Shown here piece by piece: positions 1 to 10,140 of a DNA stretch of 18,323 nucleotides. The stretch lies in assembly GCA_000004985.1 (NCBI GenBank), contig GG738960.1; one strand, 5' to 3'. The position numbers and the translations under genes are program-made. The notes under the pieces are model-generated. The model saw nothing but the letters and a program-made list of their open reading frames with translations. It was not told the origin of the DNA and made no database searches. Origin of the DNA: Naegleria gruberi. Taxonomy: Eukaryota. Position 1 is the first letter of the stretch. Each line of letters starts with the position of its first letter.

Positions 1-328
1 TCTATTAATAAAAAAATAGAAGAATTTGAAAGCCTTTGTTAAAATTTAGTATTATACTCTCTCATATTCTTCTGTTTTGTAAATAAGAACAATACTCCTC
101 ATCTATTTTCAATATAGTTATAATAGTAATAATATTTAAGATTGCAATATATTACAGTATTTTTATCATCATTATATATTCCGAGTATTTTAAATTCATT
201 AAAACAATTGAATCTCAATTTTCTCTCTTCATTAATAATTAACAAATACATAACAATTATACAATCATATAGTAATATAACATTCAACTACTACTATTAT
301 AATATAACAACAAATAATACTAATTTAA

Positions 329-352
329 TAATAATAATAATAATAATAACAA
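329..352. repeat. (ATA/TAA)n trinucleotide microsatellite immediately upstream of the ATG at 354
   Basis: Direct reading: aataataataataataataataac ends 2 nt before the start codon. This is typical dictyostelid AT-microsatellite sequence in a 5' flank. Confidence 0.6.
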
Positions 353-353
353 A

Positions 354-1186
354 ATGAATACAAATTTACAAAAAGATTGTGAATATTCAATAGAATTAGG
401 TGATTCATTTTCACAATTAACAAATTCATCTTCTAATAATTCATCTAATTCTTCATCTTCTAATAATGAATTTCATTCACTTGTTTATAAATTTAAACCT
501 AAAAGTCTTAAAGATAATAGTTGGGAAGGTAAAATAGATATAGATACATCATCTACTATTGTACATTTAAATACTAATAATTCAAGATTATTTAAAGGTA
601 CATTTGAATCTTATAAAAAACCAAATATTCATGAATGTATTTTAATTTATGATAAAAATAGTAATACTTTTACTTTGGAAAAATTACATGCTACTATTGG
701 TGCTTTACAACAAATTGATAATAATTCTTCATCTTCAAATAATTTACAAAATTTAAATAATAATAATTCATTAAATAATATGATGATGAATAATATTATT
801 ACTGAAACTATTACAAGTAATTATTTGAATAATAATAATAATATGAATAATAGTAATAATTTGAATAATAATAATAATAATTTGAATAGTAATATGAATA
901 GTACAATGATGAGATCAAATTCATCTTCATCTACAACTCAATTATTAAATTCAACTGTATCATCTAAAACAACAACACCTCCAAAGAGAAGTTTAACACC
1001 AAGTAGTTCAACACATTCATTAGATATTGAATTACCAAAGAAGAAATTAAAAGATTCACCTCCTACTTTTAATCCTACTTTTATGACAAGTAATAATAAT
1101 ATGACTAATATGATAAATTCTAATATGACAAATAGTAATAATAATAGTAATAGTATGATGATGGTAAATAATAATGAAATGATANN
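354..1186 (+). CDS. EAF: ELL-associated factor (EAF) family transcription elongation factor homologue; 5' part only, 3' end runs into assembly gap
   Basis: ATG at 354 opens an ORF that continues into the N-run at 1187. From memory of human EAF1/2, the N-terminal ~110 aa match the conserved EAF N-terminal domain: ELGDSF ~ RLGESF; FHSLVYKFKPKS ~ FHTIRYDFKPAS; LFKGTFESYKKPNIHECILIYDKNSNTFTLEKL ~ [29 protein letters not shown]. Downstream is a Ser/Asn/Met-rich low-complexity tail (poly-N), as expected for an amoeba orthologue of the Ser-rich EAF C-terminus. The true 3' end is unknown because of the gap. Confidence 0.75.
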
Positions 1187-2847
1187 NNNNNNNNNNNNNN
1201 NNNNNNNNNNNNNNNNNNNNNNNNNNNNNNNNNNNNNNNNNNNNNNNNNNNNNNNNNNNNNNNNNNNNNNNNNNNNNNNNNNNNNNNNNNNNNNNNNNNN
1301 NNNNNNNNNNNNNNNNNNNNNNNNNNNNNNNNNNNNNNNNNNNNNNNNNNNNNNNNNNNNNNNNNNNNNNNNNNNNNNNNNNNNNNNNNNNNNNNNNNNN
1401 NNNNNNNNNNNNNNNNNNNNNNNNNNNNNNNNNNNNNNNNNNNNNNNNNNNNNNNNNNNNNNNNNNNNNNNNNNNNNNNNNNNNNNNNNNNNNNNNNNNN
1501 NNNNNNNNNNNNNNNNNNNNNNNNNNNNNNNNNNNNNNNNNNNNNNNNNNNNNNNNNNNNNNNNNNNNNNNNNNNNNNNNNNNNNNNNNNNNNNNNNNNN
1601 NNNNNNNNNNNNNNNNNNNNNNNNNNNNNNNNNNNNNNNNNNNNNNNNNNNNNNNNNNNNNNNNNNNNNNNNNNNNNNNNNNNNNNNNNNNNNNNNNNNN
1701 NNNNNNNNNNNNNNNNNNNNNNNNNNNNNNNNNNNNNNNNNNNNNNNNNNNNNNNNNNNNNNNNNNNNNNNNNNNNNNNNNNNNNNNNNNNNNNNNNNNN
1801 NNNNNNNNNNNNNNNNNNNNNNNNNNNNNNNNNNNNNNNNNNNNNNNNNNNNNNNNNNNNNNNNNNNNNNNNNNNNNNNNNNNNNNNNNNNNNNNNNNNN
1901 NNNNNNNNNNNNNNNNNNNNNNNNNNNNNNNNNNNNNNNNNNNNNNNNNNNNNNNNNNNNNNNNNNNNNNNNNNNNNNNNNNNNNNNNNNNNNNNNNNNN
2001 NNNNNNNNNNNNNNNNNNNNNNNNNNNNNNNNNNNNNNNNNNNNNNNNNNNNNNNNNNNNNNNNNNNNNNNNNNNNNNNNNNNNNNNNNNNNNNNNNNNN
2101 NNNNNNNNNNNNNNNNNNNNNNNNNNNNNNNNNNNNNNNNNNNNNNNNNNNNNNNNNNNNNNNNNNNNNNNNNNNNNNNNNNNNNNNNNNNNNNNNNNNN
2201 NNNNNNNNNNNNNNNNNNNNNNNNNNNNNNNNNNNNNNNNNNNNNNNNNNNNNNNNNNNNNNNNNNNNNNNNNNNNNNNNNNNNNNNNNNNNNNNNNNNN
2301 NNNNNNNNNNNNNNNNNNNNNNNNNNNNNNNNNNNNNNNNNNNNNNNNNNNNNNNNNNNNNNNNNNNNNNNNNNNNNNNNNNNNNNNNNNNNNNNNNNNN
2401 NNNNNNNNNNNNNNNNNNNNNNNNNNNNNNNNNNNNNNNNNNNNNNNNNNNNNNNNNNNNNNNNNNNNNNNNNNNNNNNNNNNNNNNNNNNNNNNNNNNN
2501 NNNNNNNNNNNNNNNNNNNNNNNNNNNNNNNNNNNNNNNNNNNNNNNNNNNNNNNNNNNNNNNNNNNNNNNNNNNNNNNNNNNNNNNNNNNNNNNNNNNN
2601 NNNNNNNNNNNNNNNNNNNNNNNNNNNNNNNNNNNNNNNNNNNNNNNNNNNNNNNNNNNNNNNNNNNNNNNNNNNNNNNNNNNNNNNNNNNNNNNNNNNN
2701 NNNNNNNNNNNNNNNNNNNNNNNNNNNNNNNNNNNNNNNNNNNNNNNNNNNNNNNNNNNNNNNNNNNNNNNNNNNNNNNNNNNNNNNNNNNNNNNNNNNN
2801 NNNNNNNNNNNNNNNNNNNNNNNNNNNNNNNNNNNNNNNNNNNNNNN
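1187..2847. other. assembly gap (run of N, ~1.66 kb estimated)
   Basis: Continuous n characters. The ORF-track 'X' translations crossing it are artefacts. Confidence 0.99.
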
Positions 2848-4335
2848 AATAATATAATTGAATTAAATTTATCAAATAATATTAAAATTACAAATGATTC
2901 AATTCAAATAATTTCATTTTATTTAAATAATTTAATTAATTTAAATTTATCAAATAATTTAGAAATTAATTATTTAAATGAAAATTTTATAAAATTAAAA
3001 AATTTAAAAATATTAAATTTAAATGAAACACAAATTGATAATTATTCAATTGAAGTAATTTCTAAATTAAATAATTTAATTGAATTATATATTTGTAAAA
3101 CTAATATTACAGATTTAAATTTTATTTTTACAAATATGATAAATTTAAAAAAATTACAAACAAGTTATATTCCTGGATTTAGAAATTATAATTTAACAAG
3201 TAATTTATCAAATTTATTTATAAATAATTTTAAAAATTTAGAAAAAATTCAATTTGAAAAATCAATTAATTCTTTAGAACCTTTATTTGTAAATGAAAAT
3301 TTAAATTTAATGGAATTAGGTTATCAATCTATAGATGAACCATGTATTTTATCTACTTTAAATTATTTAAATAATTTAATTATAATTGATAATAATATTA
3401 ATTTAATTATTTGTAAACATTTATCTAAATTAAGTAATTTAACAAAATTAGTAATTACTAATAATAAATCACAAATAGGTACAAAAGGATGTGAATTAAT
3501 TTCTAAAATGAATAATTTAACTCATTTAGAATTAAATTCAACTGGTGTTACTGGTGATGGTATTCAATATTTTCAACATTTAAATAAATTATCTATATTA
3601 GGAATTACAGGTGAAAAATGGGAAATTAAAGATGAACATGTTCAATTTTTATTAAATTTAAAATATTTAACTCATTTAGATTTAAATAATAATCAAATTT
3701 CTAATTTTGATTTAAATTTACATAAATTACTATATTTGGATTTAAGTAGTAATTCAATTTCAAAATTAACAAATTTTAATCAATTTAAATATTTAAAAAA
3801 TTTAAATTTATCTTTAAATCAAATTGAAAATATTGAACCTTTAATTCATTTAAAAAATTTAACACAATTAAATTTATCTTTTAATAAGAATATTAAAGAT
3901 ATTTCCTATTTAAGTAACTTGAAAAAATTAACATTTTTAGATTTATTTAGAACTGATATAGTTAATCAAGATTTGATTCATATTTCTAAATTAAGTCATT
4001 TAAAATATTTAAAATTAGATTGGATTACATTTGAAGGAATTAAACATTTAATTAATTTAACAAATTTAAAAGAATTAAAATTAATTGATTCTGAAATTGG
4101 TGAAAAGGGAATTAAAATTATTTGTGAAAAATTTCCATGTTTATCAAATTTAAATTTGGCAGGTACATTTGAAAAATCAAATCCAAGATTTGATGATGAA
4201 TCTTTTTTGAGACTTGCAATATTTTTAAATATTAAACATTTAAAAATTGGAAATATATATAAGGAAGTTGCAGATGAAATGAAAAAATATTTAAAAAAAT
4301 GTACAAATTTTGAATTTCATTCTGATTTTAATTAA
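2848..4335 (+). CDS. leucine-rich repeat (LRR) protein, 5'-partial (open reading frame begins inside gap 1)
   Basis: Frame 1 is open from the first base after the gap (NNIIELNLSNNIKITNDSIQ...) through the track ORF 3136..4335, so the listed Met at 3136 is internal. The sequence is tandem ~22-24 aa LxxLxxLxLxxNxIxxIxxL repeats, SDS22/internalin-like (e.g. LKYLTHLDLNNNQISNFDLNLHKLLYLDLSSNSISKLTNFNQFKYLKNLNLSLNQIENIEPL), plus an RNI-like segment (IGTKGCELISKMNNLTHLELNSTGVTGDGIQYF). Stop TAA at 4333-4335. Whether this is the 3' part of the EAF gene or a separate gene cannot be decided across a gap of unknown length. A separate gene is more likely, since EAF proteins are not LRR proteins. Confidence 0.7.
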   Translation, partial: NNIIELNLSNNIKITNDSIQIISFYLNNLINLNLSNNLEINYLNENFIKLKNLKILNLNETQIDNYSIEVISKLNNLIELYICKTNITDLNFIFTNMINLKKLQTSYIPGFRNYNLTSNLSNLFINNFKNLEKIQFEKSINSLEPLFVNENLNLMELGYQSIDEPCILSTLNYLNNLIIIDNNINLIICKHLSKLSNLTKLVITNNKSQIGTKGCELISKMNNLTHLELNSTGVTGDGIQYFQHLNKLSILGITGEKWEIKDEHVQFLLNLKYLTHLDLNNNQISNFDLNLHKLLYLDLSSNSISKLTNFNQFKYLKNLNLSLNQIENIEPLIHLKNLTQLNLSFNKNIKDISYLSNLKKLTFLDLFRTDIVNQDLIHISKLSHLKYLKLDWITFEGIKHLINLTNLKELKLIDSEIGEKGIKIICEKFPCLSNLNLAGTFEKSNPRFDDESFLRLAIFLNIKHLKIGNIYKEVADEMKKYLKKCTNFEFHSDFN

Positions 4336-4458
4336 ATTTGTATTAATAAATAATTCGTATTCTCTGATATACTACTCAACTGCTTGTCATCCAACAGTTG
4401 TTCATTAGAAAGCTACAAAATTATCCAACCAGGATCCTAATTAGTTGCAGATGAATGA

Positions 4459-4973
4459 NNNNNNNNNNNNNNNNNNNNNNNNNNNNNNNNNNNNNNNNNN
4501 NNNNNNNNNNNNNNNNNNNNNNNNNNNNNNNNNNNNNNNNNNNNNNNNNNNNNNNNNNNNNNNNNNNNNNNNNNNNNNNNNNNNNNNNNNNNNNNNNNNN
4601 NNNNNNNNNNNNNNNNNNNNNNNNNNNNNNNNNNNNNNNNNNNNNNNNNNNNNNNNNNNNNNNNNNNNNNNNNNNNNNNNNNNNNNNNNNNNNNNNNNNN
4701 NNNNNNNNNNNNNNNNNNNNNNNNNNNNNNNNNNNNNNNNNNNNNNNNNNNNNNNNNNNNNNNNNNNNNNNNNNNNNNNNNNNNNNNNNNNNNNNNNNNN
4801 NNNNNNNNNNNNNNNNNNNNNNNNNNNNNNNNNNNNNNNNNNNNNNNNNNNNNNNNNNNNNNNNNNNNNNNNNNNNNNNNNNNNNNNNNNNNNNNNNNNN
4901 NNNNNNNNNNNNNNNNNNNNNNNNNNNNNNNNNNNNNNNNNNNNNNNNNNNNNNNNNNNNNNNNNNNNNNNNN
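4459..4973. other. assembly gap (N run, ~0.5 kb); isolated single N also at 4988
   Basis: Continuous n characters. Confidence 0.99.
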
Positions 4974-6460
4974 TCTTCTGTTGTTACNACTGTTACAAAG
5001 AGCTGATTGTGATATGTGTTATAAATGCTTAAGCTATTACTGTTACAATATATAATCTCCAATTGTTTTGTGTGCATAGTCACAACGCAATAGTTTTAGG
5101 CGAGATCTAGTATTGATGCCGTATATTATTATACTCAGCTTACTAACACTGCTCATACAATGCATAAAATGTTGTTTTCATGATTCTGTGTTGTCTCCAC
5201 ACTTACTGTAAGTTATGATCGTAATATTTCTAGAGAAGTGGTTGATAATCATTCGGTAATATTGAATTACTCTGTTGCTAGTATTGCACAAAAGAATGAT
5301 AGTTACGTTACTGCTAAGTTGACATACACAAAATTATGTTCATCTTTTGCATCGTTCATGTACATCAACAATTTATGCATTGTATGAACAGAAATCAATC
5401 TTGGTTCTTTCTGAATCAGCTTCAGAATTAATAACATTATTCCACTTTCACTATTGGAAAAATTGGAAGTAAAAATTTGTGAATCTTTATTAAGAAAAGA
5501 TGTAACAACAGGCGTCTATGGTGATAAATCTCAAGGAGGACTTTGGCTTTCATCTCTAGTTGATATAAGTCACGAGGATGACATCTATCTGATAGGTAAG
5601 TCAATTCTACCTCTCCTATCAACCAAAATCGCAAATGTATTTCACAAATACTGGAATGTCAAGTAAGATTGGACCCATGCATTCCAAACTGAAATCTGCA
5701 AAGCCCTAGCTATCTATTTGGAAAATTGCTAGTCCAATCAAATTAACAGGGAAACTTACTGGTTGTAGACCTCGTCTCTCACAAGGTCTTTACGATACAT
5801 GAGATGTTAATAAATATTACAATTTAGATTTATTGATTATATCTGTCAAATTGAGTTGAATGGGATACAGATGACAATGGACAGGGAACCCATTGTTGTG
5901 GGATTATTGCTGGGAAACAATGGTGTGGCTGAATTCAAAATTCGTAACAAAAGTTGTGGATGACACAGTTGTGGTGATGCTGAAACACGTAGTCAGGGAA
6001 TCAAATATCACTGTAGGAAGTGAACATAAACTTGGAAGTTGGTAGTGGTGGTACTATCATCATGACTAGTTGGAGGTGTTATTGTTTGTGGTTGTGATGT
6101 AATATCTAGTTGTTTTTCTTCATCATCAGAAAGACTACTTCTTGATGAATAAGTTGAAGAGGAAGATGAAGTGGACAGAATCTACTTTCTGGTCACTCAA
6201 AGTATTGACATTTGTGACAAATGATTACAAAGCAGCCTCAGACAAATCCATTGCAAAACCTGTAATCTCAGGAATGTTAGAAGAGGAAGGTCAGCCATTG
6301 AAAGAAATTTAAATTGCAATCACACAACGAAACATTACCTTAAACAGCTCTCTCACAATGCCAATAAAGAATTGGAAAAGGGTTTTGGTATTCCAGATTT
6401 CAGAGAGGTAATGGAGCATGATGGCCTGTTCTTAAGCAGAATCAGAGATACAAATTAGAA
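4974..6460. other. GC-elevated island (about 36-42% GC versus ~20% in flanks) lacking any long ORF; contains the subtilase pseudogene below; abuts gap 2 on its left
   Basis: Seen in sequence: base composition shifts abruptly after the gap and returns to AT-rich sequence near 6460-6640. The six-frame track shows only ORFs of 70 aa or less. A 100-nt sample (5870-5969) counts to about 42% G+C by hand. Confidence 0.6.
5454..6045 (+). pseudogene. decayed subtilisin-like serine protease (peptidase S8) gene fragment, + strand, convergent with the intact subtilase gene
   Basis: Three blocks lie in the canonical order and spacing of subtilase catalytic motifs, but each is in a different frame. (1) Frame 0, 5454-5666: ...GGLWLSSLVDISHEDDIYLIGKS, a degenerate match to the Asp-box W..G.TG..V.VIDTGID..HPDL. 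(2) Frame 2, 5870-5932: DDNGQGTHCCGIIAGKQWCG*, which is the His-box NGHGTHVAG with the catalytic His replaced by Gln and a stop 6 codons later. A 1-nt shift then reads LGNNGVAEFKI (compare GVAP.AKI in the intact paralogue). (3) Frame 1, 6031-6045: KLGSW*, the SxSWG box, followed by a stop. Multiple frameshifts and stops indicate a pseudogene. Confidence 0.5.
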
Positions 6461-6675
6461 GACTGATTGGAATTCATATTCATCATCTTGTGCAAATATT
6501 TTGTAAATAGGCAAGAAGAAGAGCAAAGACCAACATTGAAATTGAAGGTTGAAAGACAAATGAAGGCAGGAAACAAACTTGTCAAACTTTTGCATGTTTA
6601 CAGAGAGAGAACAAAAAGTCGACTCAACATAAATAGGTATATTATTATTATTTATTTATTTATATATTTATAAAT

Positions 6676-8018
6676 TTAATAAAAATTACATTGATTTAAA
6701 TTCAAAGTATTTCCACCCAAATTATAAATACTACCATATAAATTAACAACATTAAAATTAACAACACCCTTAGTTAAAATGTTACCATAAATAGGACCAT
6801 TAACTGCAATACTATTATTAATTAACCAATAAACATTATCATAGGTAGCACCATTAATAAATTCAAATGTAATAAAATTACTATTTAAATTACTTGCTAA
6901 TTTCAATACAATTGGACCATCAGAACCAGAGAATGTAATTTTAGTATTACCATTCAATCCTTGTGGGAAACAATAAACATTATTAGAATTGAATACAAAT
7001 CCACTGGCTGGAATATTTTGATCCATATTATTAACAGTACATTGTAATGATTGTAATTGATCATACTTGTTAAGAGCATTTTCAATAATATATTGTGATT
7101 CATCATTATTAATATTTAAAACATAATTACTTGTTGGTTGTAATTGTTGTACTTGGAATGGTCTATCAGTTGCAATTGAACCTGGAATTAATAATGAGGA
7201 TGATTGTGCATTTTGTGAGAGAATTGAACCCTTAGAAATGATTTTATAACCCAATAGAGGTGATGGTGCCAATCCTTGTTCAATATCACCACTCACTACC
7301 AATGAAAAGTTTTGTGAACCAATATTTGTTGATTTGGCAACAATTCTCAATGTAAATTGACGTTTATCACCTCCAGTTGTTGTAGTTGTAGTTGTAGTTG
7401 TAGATTGTAATAATTGTTCAGGTGAAATGATAATCTTTTCAACAGTATTAATTGAATCATCTTGTGTAGATCTTTCAACACCTGGATTTGAATTAATAAT
7501 TTCATTAGAATTTGATTTAATTAAATATAAATCAATATCATTAATTAATTGTTTCATTGTAACAGTTGATGGATCAGTAATAGTACCAGCATAATCATAC
7601 CATGTTAATGTTACTTTAATTGGTATTTTAGATTTTCTATTACTAATATAGAATGGAATATTTAATTCTTGATTTGGTGATAATGAATATCTATTAATAA
7701 TAAATAATTTAGATCCAATTAATGATTTTGATTCTTCTACATTAGAAAATAATAATGAATTCTTTAAATTAACACTACCATATCCATTAAATTTGTTAGG
7801 GAATGGTAAATTAGATAATGGTTGTAAAATTGATGGTATTTCAGCTGTATTAACTCCATTCATTGGAACAAATCCATTCATTTTCTGTGCTGAATGAATT
7901 ATCATGGCTTTAACAAGTGATCCTGAAATACTTTGTTGTGGATTCTTATCATATATACTTAATAAACCAATATTTTGTGTTAAATAATCTCTAACCAATG
8001 CTGCACTACCAGCAATAC
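6676..8018 (-). CDS. subtilisin-like serine protease, exon 3 (C-terminal 446 aa plus stop); begins with 2 nt completing a split Ser codon
   Basis: Minus-strand ORF 6676..7998 extends upstream to the acceptor aataatAG|GT at 8020/8019. The first residues, (S)IAGSAALVRDYL, are the standard continuation of the GTSMAxP Ser-box. The region includes a poly-Thr linker (TTTTTTTTTGG) encoded by (ACAACT)n at about 7378-7406, and a long beta-rich C-terminal extension. Stop TAA at 6678-6676 (minus). Confidence 0.8.
7378..7406. repeat. hexanucleotide (GTTGTA)n / (ACAACT)n coding repeat giving a poly-Thr linker in the subtilase C-terminal region
   Basis: Direct reading on + strand: gttgtagttgtagttgtagttgtag. 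Confidence 0.7.
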
Positions 8019-8119
8019 CTATTATTATTATTATTATTAAATATTAAATTAAAATTATTAAATTAAAAATATTAAATTAAATTAAATAAATAAAAATAAA
8101 TAAAATATAAAAAACTTAC

Positions 8120-8615
8120 TTGGTGTTGCCATAGATGTACCTGATTTTTGAGTTAAAGTAACAGATGGAGTACATTGAGTAACATTCTTATTATAGGCAG
8201 CCCAAATTAAAACACCAGGACCAACAACATCAGGTTTAGATCTACCATCAGCAGTATTACCACGTGCAGAGAAATAGGCCATATTTTCATGATTAAATAA
8301 AACTTCATCAATTGGTGTCGTATTAAATCTGGTATATTCTTGTAAGTGAGCATATTGTGCACCGACAGTGAGAGCATTCTTTGATGTAGATGGTGTTAAA
8401 ATAGTACCACCTTCACTTGAAAAATGTCCATTATTACCAGCTGCAAATACAATTAACATTTCATCATTGGCACGTGTGAAGGAATCTGATGTTGATGCAT
8501 CTTTATCATAGGAATTACATACTTGACAACATTTAACTCCATATTGAGCTAAACATGTTGTATCATTAATTGGTTTACCTGTTTCATATTCATAACAATC
8601 ACAATCATAATAACA
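8120..8615 (-). CDS. subtilisin-like serine protease, exon 2 (165 codons + 1 nt): Cys-rich insert, oxyanion Asn and catalytic Ser motifs
   Basis: Starts after the intron-1 acceptor ...aataatAG|tgttat (AG at 8617-8616 minus). It encodes CYYDCDCYEYETGKPINDTTCLAQYGVKCCQVCNSYDKD..., then MLIVFAAGNNGHF (oxyanion-hole Asn motif AAGNxG), then ...LTQKSGTSMATP (catalytic Ser motif GTSMAxP). It ends at cca a|GTAAGT (donor at 8119-8118 minus). The phase arithmetic is consistent: exon 1 ends in phase 0, and 496 nt leaves 1 nt that joins the 2 nt at the exon-3 start to make AGT (Ser). Confidence 0.8.
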
Positions 8616-8727
8616 CTATTATTATATTATATTATATTATATTATATAAAAATATTAAAATATTAAAATATTATTATATTAAAAATAAATAAATAAAATT
8701 AAAAATAAATAAAATAATAAAACATAC

Positions 8728-10101
8728 AGTGAATGGATTTGCACAACCCCAACTATTACTACTAATTCTAGCTTGTCTACTATAAGCAGTAGTTAAATAA
8801 CTATTTAAAGAAGAAACATAAAAGAAAATACTTCTCATAACATCAGTAACATAAATCTTTGCTTGTGGAGCTACACCAGTATCTTGTTTCATTGGATTTG
8901 TTTCATCATTTGAATCAATATTACCAGCAGCAATAGAAGCACAATGTGAACCATGTCCATTATTATCTAATTTATCACCCCATAATGTAACAGGTTGATA
9001 GAATATAATCTTTCTATTGGAATAATTTGGTGTGGTAAAATAATTTTCATTTTCCTTAAAGAAATGACAATGATTAACTTCAACACCTGAATCAATAATT
9101 TGAATCACTTGATTTTGACCTGTAATACCTTGATCCCAAATAAATCTATTATTAGAATTACCAGAATTACCAGAATTAGATTGACCACCATTTTGAATTA
9201 CAATATTTGAACCAAATGTTAATAATTCTTGTGGAAATTGTCTTGAAATGGATTCTACATTTTCTTTAAATAATGAATTTAATAATAATTCACCTAATTG
9301 TTGAGATAGATCATCATATTCTTTCAATTCATAATGTTGAGAATATTCTTCTAATGATCTTCTTCTATTTAACATGTTTACAATATTAGTTCTAGCAGAT
9401 GATTGAACTTGTAATTGATTTTCTTTTTCTTGTTTAAGTAATGGCCAAATATTTACATTGAAATTTTGTAAAGCAATAATATACACATCATTTTCTTCTT
9501 CTTCTACTTGAATTGTAAAGGCATTTTCTAATTCTCTCTTTAACCATTGACTATTTCTCTTTTTAGTTGAACTCTTTACATTTTCAATATTTTGTTGTAA
9601 AGTTAATGTAAATTCTTCTTTAATATTTAAAATAGATTTCAATGAAGAAGTAGTAGTAGCATCTCTCTTATTAGAAGTAGTAGAATCATCTTCTTGTGAT
9701 TTCATAACAATTCTTAAATTAGAATATAATAAACTATTCATATCTAATTTAGAAAAAGTAATTCTATGTTCATATGGTACACGTTCAATACTTTCAATAA
9801 TAGAAGATAATTCATTTCTAGCCTTTTCTAATTGTTGGTTATTTAACCAAGTAATGAATGTTTTAGGATAACGAGCTGTAACTTTTAATTCTTGATTATT
9901 ATTGGATAATACTTTTGAAATTTGTTGAATAATTTCATTGGTAACAATAATAGATTGTTTAACTTTAACATATACATTGGTAGTACTTTCTAATACTTGA
10001 TTATTATTAGTATTTAACATTAAATTAATACCATCTAATGGATGACTTTTAACACCATTTGAAGTGTTATTGGCATAGACAAGGGTAACAACAAAAATCA
10101 A
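8728..10101 (-). CDS. subtilisin-like serine protease, exon 1 (signal peptide, long propeptide-like region, Asp and His catalytic motifs); true start codon unresolved
   Basis: Minus ORF 8674..10101 encodes a hydrophobic N-terminus (RIVGSFLLVLIFVVTLVYA, a signal peptide). It then has VIQIIDSGVEVNHCHF (Asp-box, D[ST]G) and LDNNGHGSHCASIAAGN (His-box HGTH-like), ending ...ISSNSWGCANPFT | GTATGT. The donor is at 8727 and the intron (8616-8727) is 112 nt. The track's 'M' at 10101 is a TTG (Leu). The frame is open upstream to a TAA at 10167-10165 with no in-frame ATG. The nearest ATG (10151-10149, behind an A8 run) is in the +1 frame and terminates after 9 codons. Confidence 0.75.
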
Positions 10102-10140
10102 TACTAGAAGGAATGAACCAACTATTCTTGAATTATTGTT

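Noticed and set aside
99-357. Short ORFs 99..287(-) and 142..357(+) upstream of the EAF gene
   Set aside because: They lie in an extremely AT-rich 5' flank. The products are I/Y/N-rich low complexity, with no start context or similarity. They are chance ORFs.
4421-5083. ORFs spanning N runs (4421..5083, 4445..5032, 4455..5006, 10690..11268, 10722..11261, 938..2875)
   Set aside because: They are open only because N translates to X. These are artefacts of the assembly gaps.
5207-5235. GTAAGT...TTTCTAG pair and a GGTAAGT at 5593 inside GC island 1, suggesting splice sites or a multi-intron gene
   Set aside because: The spacing (25 nt) is too short for an intron, and no exon-like open frames connect. 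They are better explained as chance motifs in a pseudogene or decayed element.
6467-6673. 68-aa + strand ORF at the right edge of the GC island
   Set aside because: It has no similarity to anything recognisable and sits in the 3' flank shared with the subtilase gene. It ends in an AT-repeat translation (IIIIYLFIYL) and is most likely spurious.
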